A stretch of 64,000 nt of DNA from Pelagomonas calceolata (GCA_918797485.1 CAKKNE010000005.1:744001-808000), one strand, 5' to 3'; positions 39,363-49,762 are shown, counted from the first letter of the stretch. A program made the numbers and translations. Notes: a model not told the origin generated them from the letters alone.

Positions 39363-39902
39363 ATGGCCTCGAACGACCCACCAATCGTCCAGGCCGTCGC
39401 CGTCTCTGAGATCAGAGGCGCCGACGCGACACCTTTACTAGAAGCCATCCCGGCAGAAGCGGTCGAGTACAGCCCCTTCGCCACGACGGAAGCCGTCGCC
39501 GCGGACCAGCGACGAGCCTCGAACCCCGCGGACACGCGTGCTTGTCGAGATGGCGCCGGCGACGCCGTCCGCCGCGCGAACGACATCGGAAAATGGGAGG
39601 CCGAGCGGGAACGAGCTCTGATCGCCGACGGCAACCGCCACGCGCGCGTCGGGAACCAGTACGATGCGAGGAGGACGCCCCAGTACCGGGAAGATGCGGC
39701 CTACGCGCGGAAAGTTGCTGAACAGGAGAATGAGGACGTGGGGGACCGGGACATCGCGTACGAGGACCGGGACCCCTACAAAGTCGGTTTGAGTGATAGC
39801 GGCGAGTACAAGGCGCAAGCACCAGAAGGTGAGTACCAGGTCGGCGAGTACAAGATCGCGGACTACGACTGCCAGGAGTACAAGAGCGTCTACGACAAGT
39901 AG
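39363..39902 (+). CDS. Hypothetical protein with C-terminal EY-rich repeats
   Basis: GCCATGG start; ends GEYQVGEYKIADYDCQEYKSVYDK*. Confidence 0.7.
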   Translation: MASNDPPIVQAVAVSEIRGADATPLLEAIPAEAVEYSPFATTEAVAADQRRASNPADTRACRDGAGDAVRRANDIGKWEAERERALIADGNRHARVGNQYDARRTPQYREDAAYARKVAEQENEDVGDRDIAYEDRDPYKVGLSDSGEYKAQAPEGEYQVGEYKIADYDCQEYKSVYDK

Positions 39903-40244
39903 GTTCGCGTAATTCGTTGCTGTATCTAGTTTTGATGAGTCGCGTCGATGGCGCGCACGGCGTGGAGCGCCCCCCGCCGAAAAATCGGCGTCGCGCGGCA
40001 TCTTCCCCCTACTCCGAGTCACTTGTCCTCGCACACTTCCTCGCACCGTAACACTATCGTCGCCTCCGAGCTAACACTCGGGGCGACGGCGTGCGTGGGC
40101 GGGGGCGGGGCGGGCGTTCGGCCACGCAGAACCCGCGGCGGCCGGGCGGCTAGGCGGCCTAGCTCTACAGAGCTCTAAGCAAAGCAACACGAAAAGGGGG
40201 AAGCCCCACAACACGCCGTCGACGCGACGCTATGAGACTAACCC

Positions 40245-40892
40245 TTACGCGAACTTGACGAAATACACGGCCGCGACGACGGCCAGCGCCGCGCCGATGA
40301 ACAGGACCGGCGGCGGACCGCCAGTAGTAGCCGCAACCAACATTTCATCGTGCTTGTCGAGGATCGTGTCCCCCGGCTGCGTCCAGTCGCAGACGTTGGT
40401 CGCGGCGGCCTTGCCCGACTTTATGACCTTCGCCACAGCGTCGGACCATTTCGCCTTCGAAACGTCCCCCGCGTCGGCGTCGATCTCGTCGACCTCGGCG
40501 CGCTGGACCCGTCGCGAGGCGCCCAGCTGCCCCAGCAGCTTATCCGTCAAGCGAGGGCAGTTCTGGAACGTGTCGAAGTGCGAGCACCCAAAGCCGAGCA
40601 CCGCGAACCCGCATCCAGTCAAAGGTTTGTCTCCCGCGTCGTCCGCTTCGTATAAAGCTTTCAAGAAGGGATGAAAATTGAACGGCGGGTCTCCTTCTCC
40701 GTTGGAGGAGGTCGCCACAGCCAGGAAATCATATTGCTCCGCTAATGATGCTAAACCGATGCGCGCGGCGTCGGCGCCCTCCATAATACTGGATACTTCG
40801 ATGCCTTTGGATTCCTTCCAGCCCTTCGCTATACTACGAATGCCGCGCTCGGCCGTGCCGGACTCGGAGCCGTAGATCACGCATACTTTCAT
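40245..40892 (-). CDS. Tail-anchored flavodoxin-domain protein (diflavin-reductase FMN-domain type)
   Basis: IYGSESGTAE, ATSSNGEGDPP and FAVLGFGCSHFDTF; single C-terminal TM. Confidence 0.88.
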   Translation of the reverse strand: MKVCVIYGSESGTAERGIRSIAKGWKESKGIEVSSIMEGADAARIGLASLAEQYDFLAVATSSNGEGDPPFNFHPFLKALYEADDAGDKPLTGCGFAVLGFGCSHFDTFQNCPRLTDKLLGQLGASRRVQRAEVDEIDADAGDVSKAKWSDAVAKVIKSGKAAATNVCDWTQPGDTILDKHDEMLVAATTGGPPPVLFIGAALAVVAAVYFVKFA

Positions 40893-40909
40893 GATGGCTG
40901 CTGGCGAGG

Positions 40910-40972
40910 TTTATGCACGTATTGCGCGTGAATTCTCGCAGTTTTATGCACGTATTGCGCGTGAATTCTCGC
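40910..40972. repeat. 33-bp-period tandem duplication just upstream of the flavodoxin-domain gene
   Basis: TTTATGCACGTATTGCGCGTGAATTCTCGC x2. Confidence 0.9.
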
Positions 40973-41273
40973 GGCGATTGCGTGCGTGGGTGGCTGTGCT
41001 GTGCAGCCTGGCTGATGCAGCGTGGTTTTATGCCCACGCAGGACAGCTGTTCACCCTGCAACGCGCTTCGCGTGGCAGATAGGCAGTCGTGAGGACTGCT
41101 CGTTGGTTTTTTGCTGCGGCTACGTGCGTCTCGATGCACGTGGGCTGCTGAGACGATGACAAGGTGTTTTGGGCTCGGCAGCAGGACCCGTCAAAGGTGG
41201 ACTCCACCCGTTCTGCACGTCGGGCGGACCTTTCTGTGCAAGGAACCTCGTCGGTTGCGAGCGGTCCAGCTTG

Positions 41274-41296
41274 CTAGTGTGTTTACAGGTCGCTAG
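41274..41296 (+). promoter_or_regulatory. CTAG-box copy in divergent spacer
   Basis: GCTTG-CTAGTGTGTTTACAGGTCGCTAG. Confidence 0.65.
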
Positions 41297-41541
41297 ATAA
41301 AGAGCTTTGCCAAAAAAAGCTTCCGTGAGCTAGACGACGACCGCCGGCCTCGGCGAACAAACGCGACCGCTGCGTTTGAGCCAGAGCGACCAGACCTAGC
41401 GAGACACGCCGCCGCCGCACGCTGCGAGACGTGTTCATTGAGAGCACTCCTAAATACTCTTCCGCACACGCCACCGACGCGCGCGCGCCCTCCGAAGCGC
41501 CACCGCACCGAAGAAAGTACACACGACCAAACCACGCAACC

Positions 41542-42138
41542 ATGGGCCAGCGCGTCTCCCTGCAAGAAGAACTCATCAACATGAAGATCACGTCGAAACA
41601 AATGGTCTCCGCGTCGAAAAAGTGCGAGAAGAACGAGAAAAAGTACCGCAAGGACGTGAAGAAGGCCATCGAGAAGGGCAACGCCGAAGGCGCGCGCATC
41701 TACGCCCAAAATGCCATCCGCGAGAAGAATTCGGGATTGAACTACCTGAGGATGAGTGCTAGAATAGATGCAGTAGCACAACGCTTAGATACTGTGGTCA
41801 AGAACCAGGCGATGCAAAAATCAATAGTCAAGGTCAACAAGGGCCTTTCTTCGGCCCTAAAATCGATGAACGTCGAGAAGATTTCCAAGGAGATGGACGC
41901 GTTCGAGAAGCAGTTCGAGGACATAGATGTGAGAGCTAAATACATGGAGGACGCGATGGGCAATACCACTGCCTCTGCCACGCCCGAGGACCAGGTCGAC
42001 GCTTTGATTAGTCAGGTGGCCGATGAACATCAGTTAGATGTTTCGTTTGCTTTAGATGATGCGGGCCAGGTCGGGCACACGGCTCCTGCTCAAGCCGAGG
42101 ACCCGCTGGCGTCTCGGTTGGAGGCGTTGCGTCGCTAA
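41542..42138 (+). CDS. CHMP1: ESCRT-III subunit CHMP1/Did2 (Snf7 family)
   Basis: KKAIEKGNAEGARIYAQNAIREKN..LNYLRMSARIDAVA, MDAFEKQFED and C-terminal MIM LASRLEALR. Confidence 0.93.
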   Translation: MGQRVSLQEELINMKITSKQMVSASKKCEKNEKKYRKDVKKAIEKGNAEGARIYAQNAIREKNSGLNYLRMSARIDAVAQRLDTVVKNQAMQKSIVKVNKGLSSALKSMNVEKISKEMDAFEKQFEDIDVRAKYMEDAMGNTTASATPEDQVDALISQVADEHQLDVSFALDDAGQVGHTAPAQAEDPLASRLEALRR

Positions 42139-42171
42139 GTACAGAGTGTTTCACATTACATGTACTAGGGG

Positions 42172-42678
42172 TCAAGGATCAGCACTGACCCTCGCCCACG
42201 TCTTGACGTGCGGCATCGCGCGATCCGTATCGCGCGCGCCCGGCGCCGGCGTCGTAGTAGCGTCGCACGGCCGCACGAGCTGCCCTAAACCGAGCTCGCG
42301 GCCGTGCGCGAGCATCCAGCCCGCCTCCCCCGCTAATTTCAACCAGAGGCCCTCGCGCGCGTGCTCTACACTAATAATCGCGCCCTTCCGCCGCATGCCT
42401 AGTAACGGCGCGGCCGTCGACGGGTGCTCGCGCACCGCGACGCGGTCGTGGACGACCTCCCAGTCGTTCGGGCCCTCGCCGCAGACCTCGACGAGGCGCG
42501 CGTAGGCCGCCGCCGCTTCTTTCTCATTATTATTCGTGTCCTCGTCGTCGTCCGACAGCGTCCGCGCGAGCGCGTCCCACTTCTCGAGGCGGCGCTCGAC
42601 TGTTGCGGGGCCGGCCGCCGCGTCGACGCGTTGTGGTGCCTCGTCGTCGAAGCCGTCGTCGGAGTCGACGCCGAACAT
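42172..42678 (-). CDS. Hypothetical protein with SH3b-like domain
   Basis: VAVREHPSTAAPLLGMRRKGAIISV...WLKL..GWM. Confidence 0.55.
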   Translation of the reverse strand: MFGVDSDDGFDDEAPQRVDAAAGPATVERRLEKWDALARTLSDDDEDTNNNEKEAAAAYARLVEVCGEGPNDWEVVHDRVAVREHPSTAAPLLGMRRKGAIISVEHAREGLWLKLAGEAGWMLAHGRELGLGQLVRPCDATTTPAPGARDTDRAMPHVKTWARVSADP

Positions 42679-42887
42679 TGTGTTGGACGCGCCGACGGCG
42701 TGCAACGGCCGCGCGAGTAAAGCACGGAGAGCGTCCCGCTTGGCTGCTGCCGTACGGCTCTACAACCAATTCACGCCGCGTGAAAAATGGCAGGCCCGAG
42801 AGGGCTGCAATAGACGAGCACAAATGTGATCTGGTGAGCGACAGCACCGTCGACACAACGAGTAATACTCGAAAGCGTCGAGCTGAG

Positions 42888-42907
42888 CTAGCGTTGCGAC
42901 ACACTAG
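42888..42907 (-). promoter_or_regulatory. CTAG-box, degenerate copy in divergent spacer
   Basis: + strand CTAGCGTTGCGACACACTAG. Confidence 0.45.
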
Positions 42908-42991
42908 CATCGTCGCAGAAGCCAAGGCCGGGAGAGCTGCCCAACACGTTGCCCCCGCCCCCAAAAACTACCAAAGAGACTGCCCAGAACC

Positions 42992-44917
42992 ATGAGCCGC
43001 GACGAGCGCTCCAATTGGGCCAACACCCGGTCCTTCTTCTACGGTGCCGAGGACGCAGCTAAGGAAGCTTACGACGCCATGGGCCAAGCGATCCAGGAGG
43101 CCGAAGATGTGGTGGAGGGCGCCTTCGAAGCGCTAGAAGAAAGTATAGATCATGAGATGCAGGGCTGGCACGAGAAGCTACCCGTACATCCCTTCAAACC
43201 AATCGCATCAGATATGAACGTTATCCTAGTGTGCTACGACGCGACGGGTGCGTATCCTACTCGAAGAGATTTTCCTTCGCTCAAACAAGCGCGGAAGGCT
43301 TTAGATCGGTTTTTGAAGTATCATACCAATTTAAGAAGACAAGGTCGGGACTCGCCGAACGGTGACGTGTTCTTACTGTATGAACGAGCGTACGGCTTCG
43401 GGGAAGAAGCTTGGAGATTGATTGATAAGAATGGGGGGCTGGCACCTAGGATTAGGTTGAAGCTGTGGTGCGATTTCCGGAAATTGAAACCGTTGGAGTC
43501 GACGTTCCTGTCTCGATCACTAGCTAAAGTGTGTGGGGCTTTACTTCGGAGTGTTTTATGGTTGACCATCCAGAGAAAGCGGGCTTCCGCTCATACGCCG
43601 CCGGACTGGTCTCCCTCGATCCTAGCTTTGTTGAATATCTTACTGGCTGGGGCCTGGCCGTCGCTGCGGTGCGAGGTGAATAGAGCGGCGGCTAGTGTCA
43701 CGCCGTTAGTCAACGAGAAGCTCGAGGCCATGGAGCAAAAACTACTAACGAAGATCACGGCTCTGTCTATAGATGTGGGCGCCGAGGCCCCTACCTTGAC
43801 TTATGTTAGAGTAGCCCCATCACTAGATGGCTACGCGTTCATCGACGTCGATGTTGGTGTGAAGTTTCAAGGGAGAGGGGTAAGGACGCTGTTAGATGCG
43901 GAGGTCGAAGGCGCCGCGGAAATCACTGGTTCTGTCACGCGATTTGGCCTGGAGGGTTCATTACGCCTGAAGCTCGGGCCGTTACGTACCAGTTTCCCCT
44001 GTGCGGGACTGTGCCGACTAGGCTTCGCGCGCAAGCCGAAACTCGCCCTGGAGTCGAGTTTTGGAGTCAAGAACCCTCTGATCCAGCTCCCGTTCGGTTT
44101 TTCTCTCAGTGCCGTGGATAGATTCGTGGCAAGACTCATGGAGGACATCGTCGAGCGGCAGCTCGTCTGGCCCAAATCTGCGGCTATACCTATTTTACAA
44201 GCGTTCATCGGGCCGAGCGGTGCAGTACCAGTGCCACCCAACGACGTTATATGTACCCTAGCGTGTGAAGTCATGTGCTGCAAACAGCTGTGGGCCAACG
44301 ACCCCTCCGGCAAGTCCGACCCTTATGTGGTCGTGTCGCTGGGCGGTCAGTCCAAACAAACGGAAACAATAGAAGATAGTTTGAATCCGGACTGGACAGC
44401 ACACAAGCAGGTCTTCACTTTTGATGTGCACGAAAGCAGCCAGGAGGTCCACGTGGCGGTCTACGATAGCGAGGCGGACACGGGCAACGTCTTTTCGGAC
44501 GCGTTGTTGGGTGTCGCGGCGTTTTCGGCGTCGCATCTGGCCGACTGCGCGGCGTCCGAAGGCCACGCGCCTTTCGAGGGTAAACCCATCGAGCTGAAAC
44601 TGCCTCTGGATACGTCGGTCTATGACGGGAAGCTCAAAAGGTACCACCAGGCGCAGTCGCACGAACCGTGTTACGTCGTCGTGAGGGCGGCTCTACACAG
44701 AGATGAAAAATTGATGGCGAAGCGTCTTCAGAAACGGTCCGCGGGGCTCTTCTCGTTGATTATAGCATTAACGCTGGCCGTTTTAGTAGGCAAGGGCGTC
44801 TCCAGTGTATTGGTGATGGACGCGCCGTCCGCTTTATTGCTTGAGCTCGGCCGCTTCGCTGTCGCGGCGTTTGTCGGCTTCGTCGCGTTCATGATTAGTC
44901 TGGGGACGCTGGTGTAA
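42992..44917 (+). CDS. SMP + C2 domain (synaptotagmin-like) membrane protein
   Basis: SMP-like LNILLAGAWP...LEGSLRLKL...LVWP; C2 QLWANDPSGKSDPYVVV..SLNPDW..VAVYD; two C-terminal TMs. Confidence 0.8.
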   Translation: MSRDERSNWANTRSFFYGAEDAAKEAYDAMGQAIQEAEDVVEGAFEALEESIDHEMQGWHEKLPVHPFKPIASDMNVILVCYDATGAYPTRRDFPSLKQARKALDRFLKYHTNLRRQGRDSPNGDVFLLYERAYGFGEEAWRLIDKNGGLAPRIRLKLWCDFRKLKPLESTFLSRSLAKVCGALLRSVLWLTIQRKRASAHTPPDWSPSILALLNILLAGAWPSLRCEVNRAAASVTPLVNEKLEAMEQKLLTKITALSIDVGAEAPTLTYVRVAPSLDGYAFIDVDVGVKFQGRGVRTLLDAEVEGAAEITGSVTRFGLEGSLRLKLGPLRTSFPCAGLCRLGFARKPKLALESSFGVKNPLIQLPFGFSLSAVDRFVARLMEDIVERQLVWPKSAAIPILQAFIGPSGAVPVPPNDVICTLACEVMCCKQLWANDPSGKSDPYVVVSLGGQSKQTETIEDSLNPDWTAHKQVFTFDVHESSQEVHVAVYDSEADTGNVFSDALLGVAAFSASHLADCAASEGHAPFEGKPIELKLPLDTSVYDGKLKRYHQAQSHEPCYVVVRAALHRDEKLMAKRLQKRSAGLFSLIIALTLAVLVGKGVSSVLVMDAPSALLLELGRFAVAAFVGFVAFMISLGTLV

Positions 44918-45092
44918 TTTACAGAACCGAATTGCACTTCAAGTGACGCTCCGGGCCTCCGGCTGTCGCCGCGGCCCGCGGGGGCGCGTCGCCGCGGGGT
45001 CGGCGCCATGCCACGTCGCCTCGACGCCGTCGATGCGAGCACGCAGAAGAAGTACGACACACAACTAAACTTAGAAATGGAGCGCCGTCGAC

Positions 45093-46280
45093 TCAGTACG
45101 TGATCGAGAAGCCCCCGAGCGCCTGCGCCCGCGGGCCTTCTGTCGCGACGCATTGCGCCGGGAACGCGTGCTTCCCGTCGACGAGCGGCAACTCAAATTC
45201 GTCGACCAGGCTCCAGGGCAGCGGCGGCGCCGCGTGCAGATGTAAACAACCGTCGTGGAGCACGTCCTTGCCGTTCCGGTACTTTTTAATATCTTCAGCC
45301 GGCACGAGCCGCACGGCGACGCCCGGCCGGCCCTTTAGTGAAGCGTCGCTCTCCCGCGTCCACGCCGTGTCCTTTTGTTTAAGGCTCTCGACGCTCACGC
45401 GCAGCAATTTTAAATTCGACTGCCCCGCAAAATACAAGTCCGCGACGACGCGCGCCTGGTCCGCCGTCGCGCAGTGCACGAAGCCGTCCTTTTCGTCGAG
45501 CGCCGAGCCCGTCAGAGTGCCGGCGGCGCGCCACGCGTCGACTTCACTGGAGGTGGCGATCTTCCACAATGACACGGCCTCGACGGGCGTTTCGGATTCG
45601 AGGGGCTTCTCGTCTGTCGCGCTGGCGGCCTCCGGCGCGCTGGCGGCCGGCGCGCTGGCTTCTGGCGCTGGCGGCGACGATTTCGCAGCGACATCCGCTT
45701 CGGCGGCCTCCGGCGCCGCGGCATTTGACGGCGTCGCCCACGAGCCCCAGCCGTCCTTCCGCAACACCGGCTTCGCCTTTGATTGCCCCCGCTGCGTCGC
45801 GTACTTGACCGTCAGCAGCCGCCCCTCCACCTTCACGCCCTGGAACGCGTCGTGCGCGGCCTTCGCGTCCTCGGAACTTCCGAACGTCACGAAGCCGAAG
45901 CCCCGTCCTCGATTCGTCTGGCGATCTAACACGATTTTTGAGCCGATGACGTGATAGCGCGACGCGAACAACGCGCCTAACTTTTGATCGTCGAGCTTGT
46001 ACGGCAAATTGCCGACAAATAACTTGTCCGTGCGATCTTCTTTAGGTGGTGTGGGCGGCGCGAGGCCCTTCTTTTGGAGATCTTCCAGGGCTTGCTGCTG
46101 GGCGGCGTTTAACGAATTACCTTTCCTTTCTAAGTACTTGCGCAGCGCCTCGTCTTTGTTCGTCGTCATTTTGCCTCCCGGGTGGGCGAAGGTCTTCTTC
46201 GGCGGTGGCGGGGGCGGTTTCTTGGCGTCGTTGGCGAAGCGCGCGGCTCTTGCTTTCGCCTTTTGTTGCTCGTCGGCCAT
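45093..46280 (-). CDS. RRM + DUF952 fusion protein
   Basis: RNP2 LFVGNL and RNP1 RGFGFVTF; C-terminal LWKI..W...GSALDEKDGFVHCATADQ...YF...LLRV (DUF952). Confidence 0.8.
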   Translation of the reverse strand: MADEQQKAKARAARFANDAKKPPPPPPKKTFAHPGGKMTTNKDEALRKYLERKGNSLNAAQQQALEDLQKKGLAPPTPPKEDRTDKLFVGNLPYKLDDQKLGALFASRYHVIGSKIVLDRQTNRGRGFGFVTFGSSEDAKAAHDAFQGVKVEGRLLTVKYATQRGQSKAKPVLRKDGWGSWATPSNAAAPEAAEADVAAKSSPPAPEASAPAASAPEAASATDEKPLESETPVEAVSLWKIATSSEVDAWRAAGTLTGSALDEKDGFVHCATADQARVVADLYFAGQSNLKLLRVSVESLKQKDTAWTRESDASLKGRPGVAVRLVPAEDIKKYRNGKDVLHDGCLHLHAAPPLPWSLVDEFELPLVDGKHAFPAQCVATEGPRAQALGGFSITY

Positions 46281-46472
46281 GATCGACTGCGGCACTGGCT
46301 GCTCGTCGGCCTGGTGGGCGAGGATGCCGCTACTGGGATCTGGCGCTGCAGGATTGCTGCGGTGCTGATGCAGGCTTTGCACGGCGAGCAAAAACAAGCT
46401 AGCTAATGGCGAGATGCCTATCACGCTTGCAATGAGCCTCCACGCAACAAAACCGCGATTATAAAATCGTTG

Positions 46473-46493
46473 CTAGCACCTGTAAGACACTAG
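46473..46493 (-). promoter_or_regulatory. CTAG-box copy in divergent spacer
   Basis: + strand CTAGCACCTGTAAGACACTAG. Confidence 0.65.
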
Positions 46494-46772
46494 CGGATCG
46501 GGACTTTTGCAAAATCTCCCGAGCAGTGGGTTAACTCATTCCCGAGAAGAGTTTGGTATTTGAAAGGACGTGTTCTACGTTCACAGGTCGGTCCCACTCG
46601 AAATTAGACGCCGACGACCCAATCGCGCGCCTTCAGGCGATTGAACCTGGTGGCTGAGCTACAACCGCCAAGGTGAACGCGACCGACGCGCACACCAGCT
46701 TCGGACTCACCCCGAGTCCACCCGATGGTCCTGGCCGACAACTTCGCCCACCAGTCTTTTCGCAAGCAGACC

Positions 46773-47414
46773 ATGCCGGACTCGCCGCCGTCGCCGAGGC
46801 AACGGCCGACTCCTCTCTCCCTCTCCCAACGGCCGACGCTCGGCCGCACGGACTCTCCGCCGTCGGCGCCCGAGCCCGACTCACCTTCGTCTGTGTACCG
46901 CGATGTCTCCCGGGGACCAAGCCCCGAGTCGAGGTCCGGAAGGTGATAAAAACACACACAGGTCCCCGCGGACGCCCGGCCCGTCGCCGAAATCCGTCCT
47001 GCGCATCGACGCGAGCGGCCTCTACATCTTCCCGCCCAAAGAAAAGCCGGCCTCGCCGCGGCGCCACCAGCGGCGCCTCTCGCGCGCGGGCTCGCTCGGC
47101 TCGCAAAATTCCCTGGTCTCGATTGACGAGGAGAGCGCCCTCACACCAGCCGCCGTCAAAAAGGCGCTCCAGGGCCAGCAGCAGGGCTCGGCGGGCGTCT
47201 GGAACAAGCGGCGGTGCGCCGCGCTCGTAGCGGTCTGGACGTACGCGATCATCTACTTCGCGGCCCTCTACTCCTACCGCCCGAGCCGTGTGAAAATCAA
47301 CCAGTGAGTTAGTCACGGGGACGACGTCGCGTCGATGGCGTGGGGCGCCTGAGATTTGATTTCCGCACAGGCCTGGAGGCGATGCGGCTCCGGCGCGTCA
47401 TCCGGGGGGCCTGA
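46773..47414 (+). CDS. Hypothetical Ser/Pro-rich tail-anchored protein; probable introns ~46889-46961 and 47279-47370
   Basis: MPDSPPSP... joins ...SPRTPGPSPKSVLRID after a phase-2 intron ending ACACAG (donor position ambiguous). Ends with a TM and YSYR|LEAMRLRRVIRGA*. Confidence 0.55.
47279..47370 (+). mobile_element. Introner-type element forming a GC-AG intron (92 nt) with decayed TSD
   Basis: GCCCGAG-CCGTGTGAAAATCAACCAGTG...TTTGATTTCCGCACAG|GCCTGGAG; same TIR family as 27652 and 28122. Confidence 0.8.
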
Positions 47415-47520
47415 GATGCACATGAAGAGAATCACACATGCTACATTATTGCCTCACCAAGCGACTGTGTAGCGTGCCCCAACCCCCGGCGAACGACGCC
47501 GTCTAACATAATATTGTCCC

Positions 47521-49347
47521 TTACGCTTTTTTGGCCTTCGCCACGACCACCGCCGACGCCGTCCGCCGCTCGAGCGCTCTCAAAGCCAGCACGCGGAAGG
47601 CGACCAACAGCGCGAACAACGCGCCCGCGTCCATCAGAATGGAGCGGGACGCGGCGTCGTCCCCCAGCACGCGCTTGACATGCGTCTCCCCATCGGGCGT
47701 CGGGCACGGCAGGCTCTTCACCAATCGCCCAAGTAACTTCGCCGGCGCGCCCGCATCGATCACCCTTTGAGCTAGTAATTCTTTATCTTCAGAAGAACAG
47801 TCGAACACCGCATCCGCGTGCTGAAATTCGAGCTTCAGGAGACCCGCGAAGCCGTATCTGAACAATGATAAATATTGCAACGGTGCTAAGAAGCGTGGCA
47901 ACGACGCCAGCGACACGAAGAGCCCCCCAAATAACAGTGAGGTCGAGAGCACCACCGGACAGATGACGACCGCTGTTCTAGCGTCGGAAGCACCAGCACC
48001 TACCCAAATAACTAAACTTTCGGCCACTAACGTCGCCAGGGCTAGGACGACGCAGTGCCCTCCGAACGAGTAGAGAGATGCCCTCAACCCGACCATGGCG
48101 TAGGCCATGCCCGCGAATAGTAGCGCCACGGCGCCCTGGATCGGCAGCTCCGCTAGCGACTTGGCGAGGAAGTAGTCCCTTGTACTATACGCCCTCCTGC
48201 GTCTTTCATGCTCGAAGACCGAGCGTTCCTCGATGAAGACTCGGAGGGACGCCATCGCGGAGAAGGCCTGGTTCACCAATACGAAAAAGAGCGCTCCAGT
48301 TCTATCGGAGACCGCTGTTTGCGTCGACGTTCCGCGACTCCCGGAGTAGAGAGCGCCCACCAGCAGAGCCATGGTCACGGACCGACCAACAGCAGCGACT
48401 GTGGCCGCTGGAGCGCGCGCATTGTTGAGCCACGCCCTCGTTAGCAGAGGCCGGAAGCGCGACCGCGTGCTCAGTTGTGGTTCATCCTCATCATGAGAAA
48501 CTCGAGTAGTAGCAGGCGCACTTTGTGAGACCAGGATGGACCGCGTGGCAGGATCGTCGACGAGGTCCAACAAAACTTCAGCCGCCGAGGTGAGAGGCGG
48601 CACCTTCACCTTGCAGAGTGACGCGCACGTAGATGCCGCACTATCAGCGGGCCCCGCATAAGCGGTACCACCACCAGGAGCCAACACCACCACGTCGGTA
48701 AATTGCTGGAAGACGCGCGCGCCCGGTTGGTGCACTGATGCCACCACAGTAGCTTCCGCCTCTCGCAATAAAATAGCTAATTGTAAAGCTGCTGTTGAAT
48801 CTAAACCAGACGTCGGCTCGTCAGCTAACAGTAACGAGGGAATGAGCACCAATTCCACACCTAAAGCGGTCCGCCTCCTCTCGCCGCCACTCACGCCCCG
48901 CTTCAGCGCCGATCCGACCCTCGTGTCGCCCACCTCTGACAACCCGAGCGTCTCCAAGACACTCTCGGCCCTCTCGGCTCTTTTAGCAGACGTGTCCCAC
49001 CTCTCATCGACACCGTCCCACCTTAACTCCGCCGCGAACCGCAAAGTTTCGCGGACCGTGAGGAAGGGCAACAAACGGTCGTCTTGGGGCAAGAAATTGG
49101 CACCGCCCGCGGGCCGCCAGATCTTGGACCCCGCGTCGCACGGCCGCTCTCTCGCGAGCGCTGCTAATAGAGTCGTTTTTCCCGCGCCGGACGGGCCTAG
49201 AATCGCGAGGAGGCCGTGCTTTCCGACCGAACCGCGCGCGTCTCTTACTATAGTTTTTTGTACGCCTTTGCTTACTTCGAGGGTGACGGCGACGGCCTCG
49301 AAGGCGAGGCCGTCGGTGTTGTTTGTGGTGGACCGCGTCGCGGGCAT
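47521..49347 (-). CDS. ABCG (White-family) half transporter
   Basis: GPSGAGKTT, VSGGERRR, LLADEPTSGLDS and SVHQP, followed by an ABC2 membrane domain. Confidence 0.95.
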   Translation of the reverse strand: MPATRSTTNNTDGLAFEAVAVTLEVSKGVQKTIVRDARGSVGKHGLLAILGPSGAGKTTLLAALARERPCDAGSKIWRPAGGANFLPQDDRLLPFLTVRETLRFAAELRWDGVDERWDTSAKRAERAESVLETLGLSEVGDTRVGSALKRGVSGGERRRTALGVELVLIPSLLLADEPTSGLDSTAALQLAILLREAEATVVASVHQPGARVFQQFTDVVVLAPGGGTAYAGPADSAASTCASLCKVKVPPLTSAAEVLLDLVDDPATRSILVSQSAPATTRVSHDEDEPQLSTRSRFRPLLTRAWLNNARAPAATVAAVGRSVTMALLVGALYSGSRGTSTQTAVSDRTGALFFVLVNQAFSAMASLRVFIEERSVFEHERRRRAYSTRDYFLAKSLAELPIQGAVALLFAGMAYAMVGLRASLYSFGGHCVVLALATLVAESLVIWVGAGASDARTAVVICPVVLSTSLLFGGLFVSLASLPRFLAPLQYLSLFRYGFAGLLKLEFQHADAVFDCSSEDKELLAQRVIDAGAPAKLLGRLVKSLPCPTPDGETHVKRVLGDDAASRSILMDAGALFALLVAFRVLALRALERRTASAVVVAKAKKA

Positions 49348-49762
49348 GGGGGCTTGTCCTGGTCTTCTTAGCGCGACTTTATGCTGGCTCAGCGCGTCGA
49401 TGGCGTGCGCTCGGACGCAGGTATTGGGATCCTGCTTTTTGAGGTCCTAGGAGCACGGCGGCGGGCTCGTTCGTGGAGCCTGATTGGCACTGCGTGAGGA
49501 GCACTGTGAGGAGGCTGCGTGAGCTGTGCGAGCAGTGTGCTTGCGTGCCCAGAGACTTCAATACGCGAGCCGTGCTCTCACTAAAAACTAGTATAGACAC
49601 ACTAGCGGTTTTCCTGCGACGTAACTAGCCTTAGCCTTAGCCTTTTTTTACAAGTCCAATAGCACCGTAACAGATATCGCACTCACTCCGATCTTTTGGG
49701 TGTCTTTGGTGCTAGCCATCTCCCGCACGTTACAGGTGGACAAAGTCCCACAACTAGAAAAC

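Noticed and set aside
46943..46961. Possible 19-nt micro-intron GTGATAAAAACACACACAG
   Set aside because: Too short; upstream phase-compatible GT donors (e.g. 46889) give a normal-size intron.
49625..49645. CTAGCCTTAGCCTTAGCC as a telomere-like repeat
   Set aside because: Only about three units, internal location, and not a canonical telomere unit.
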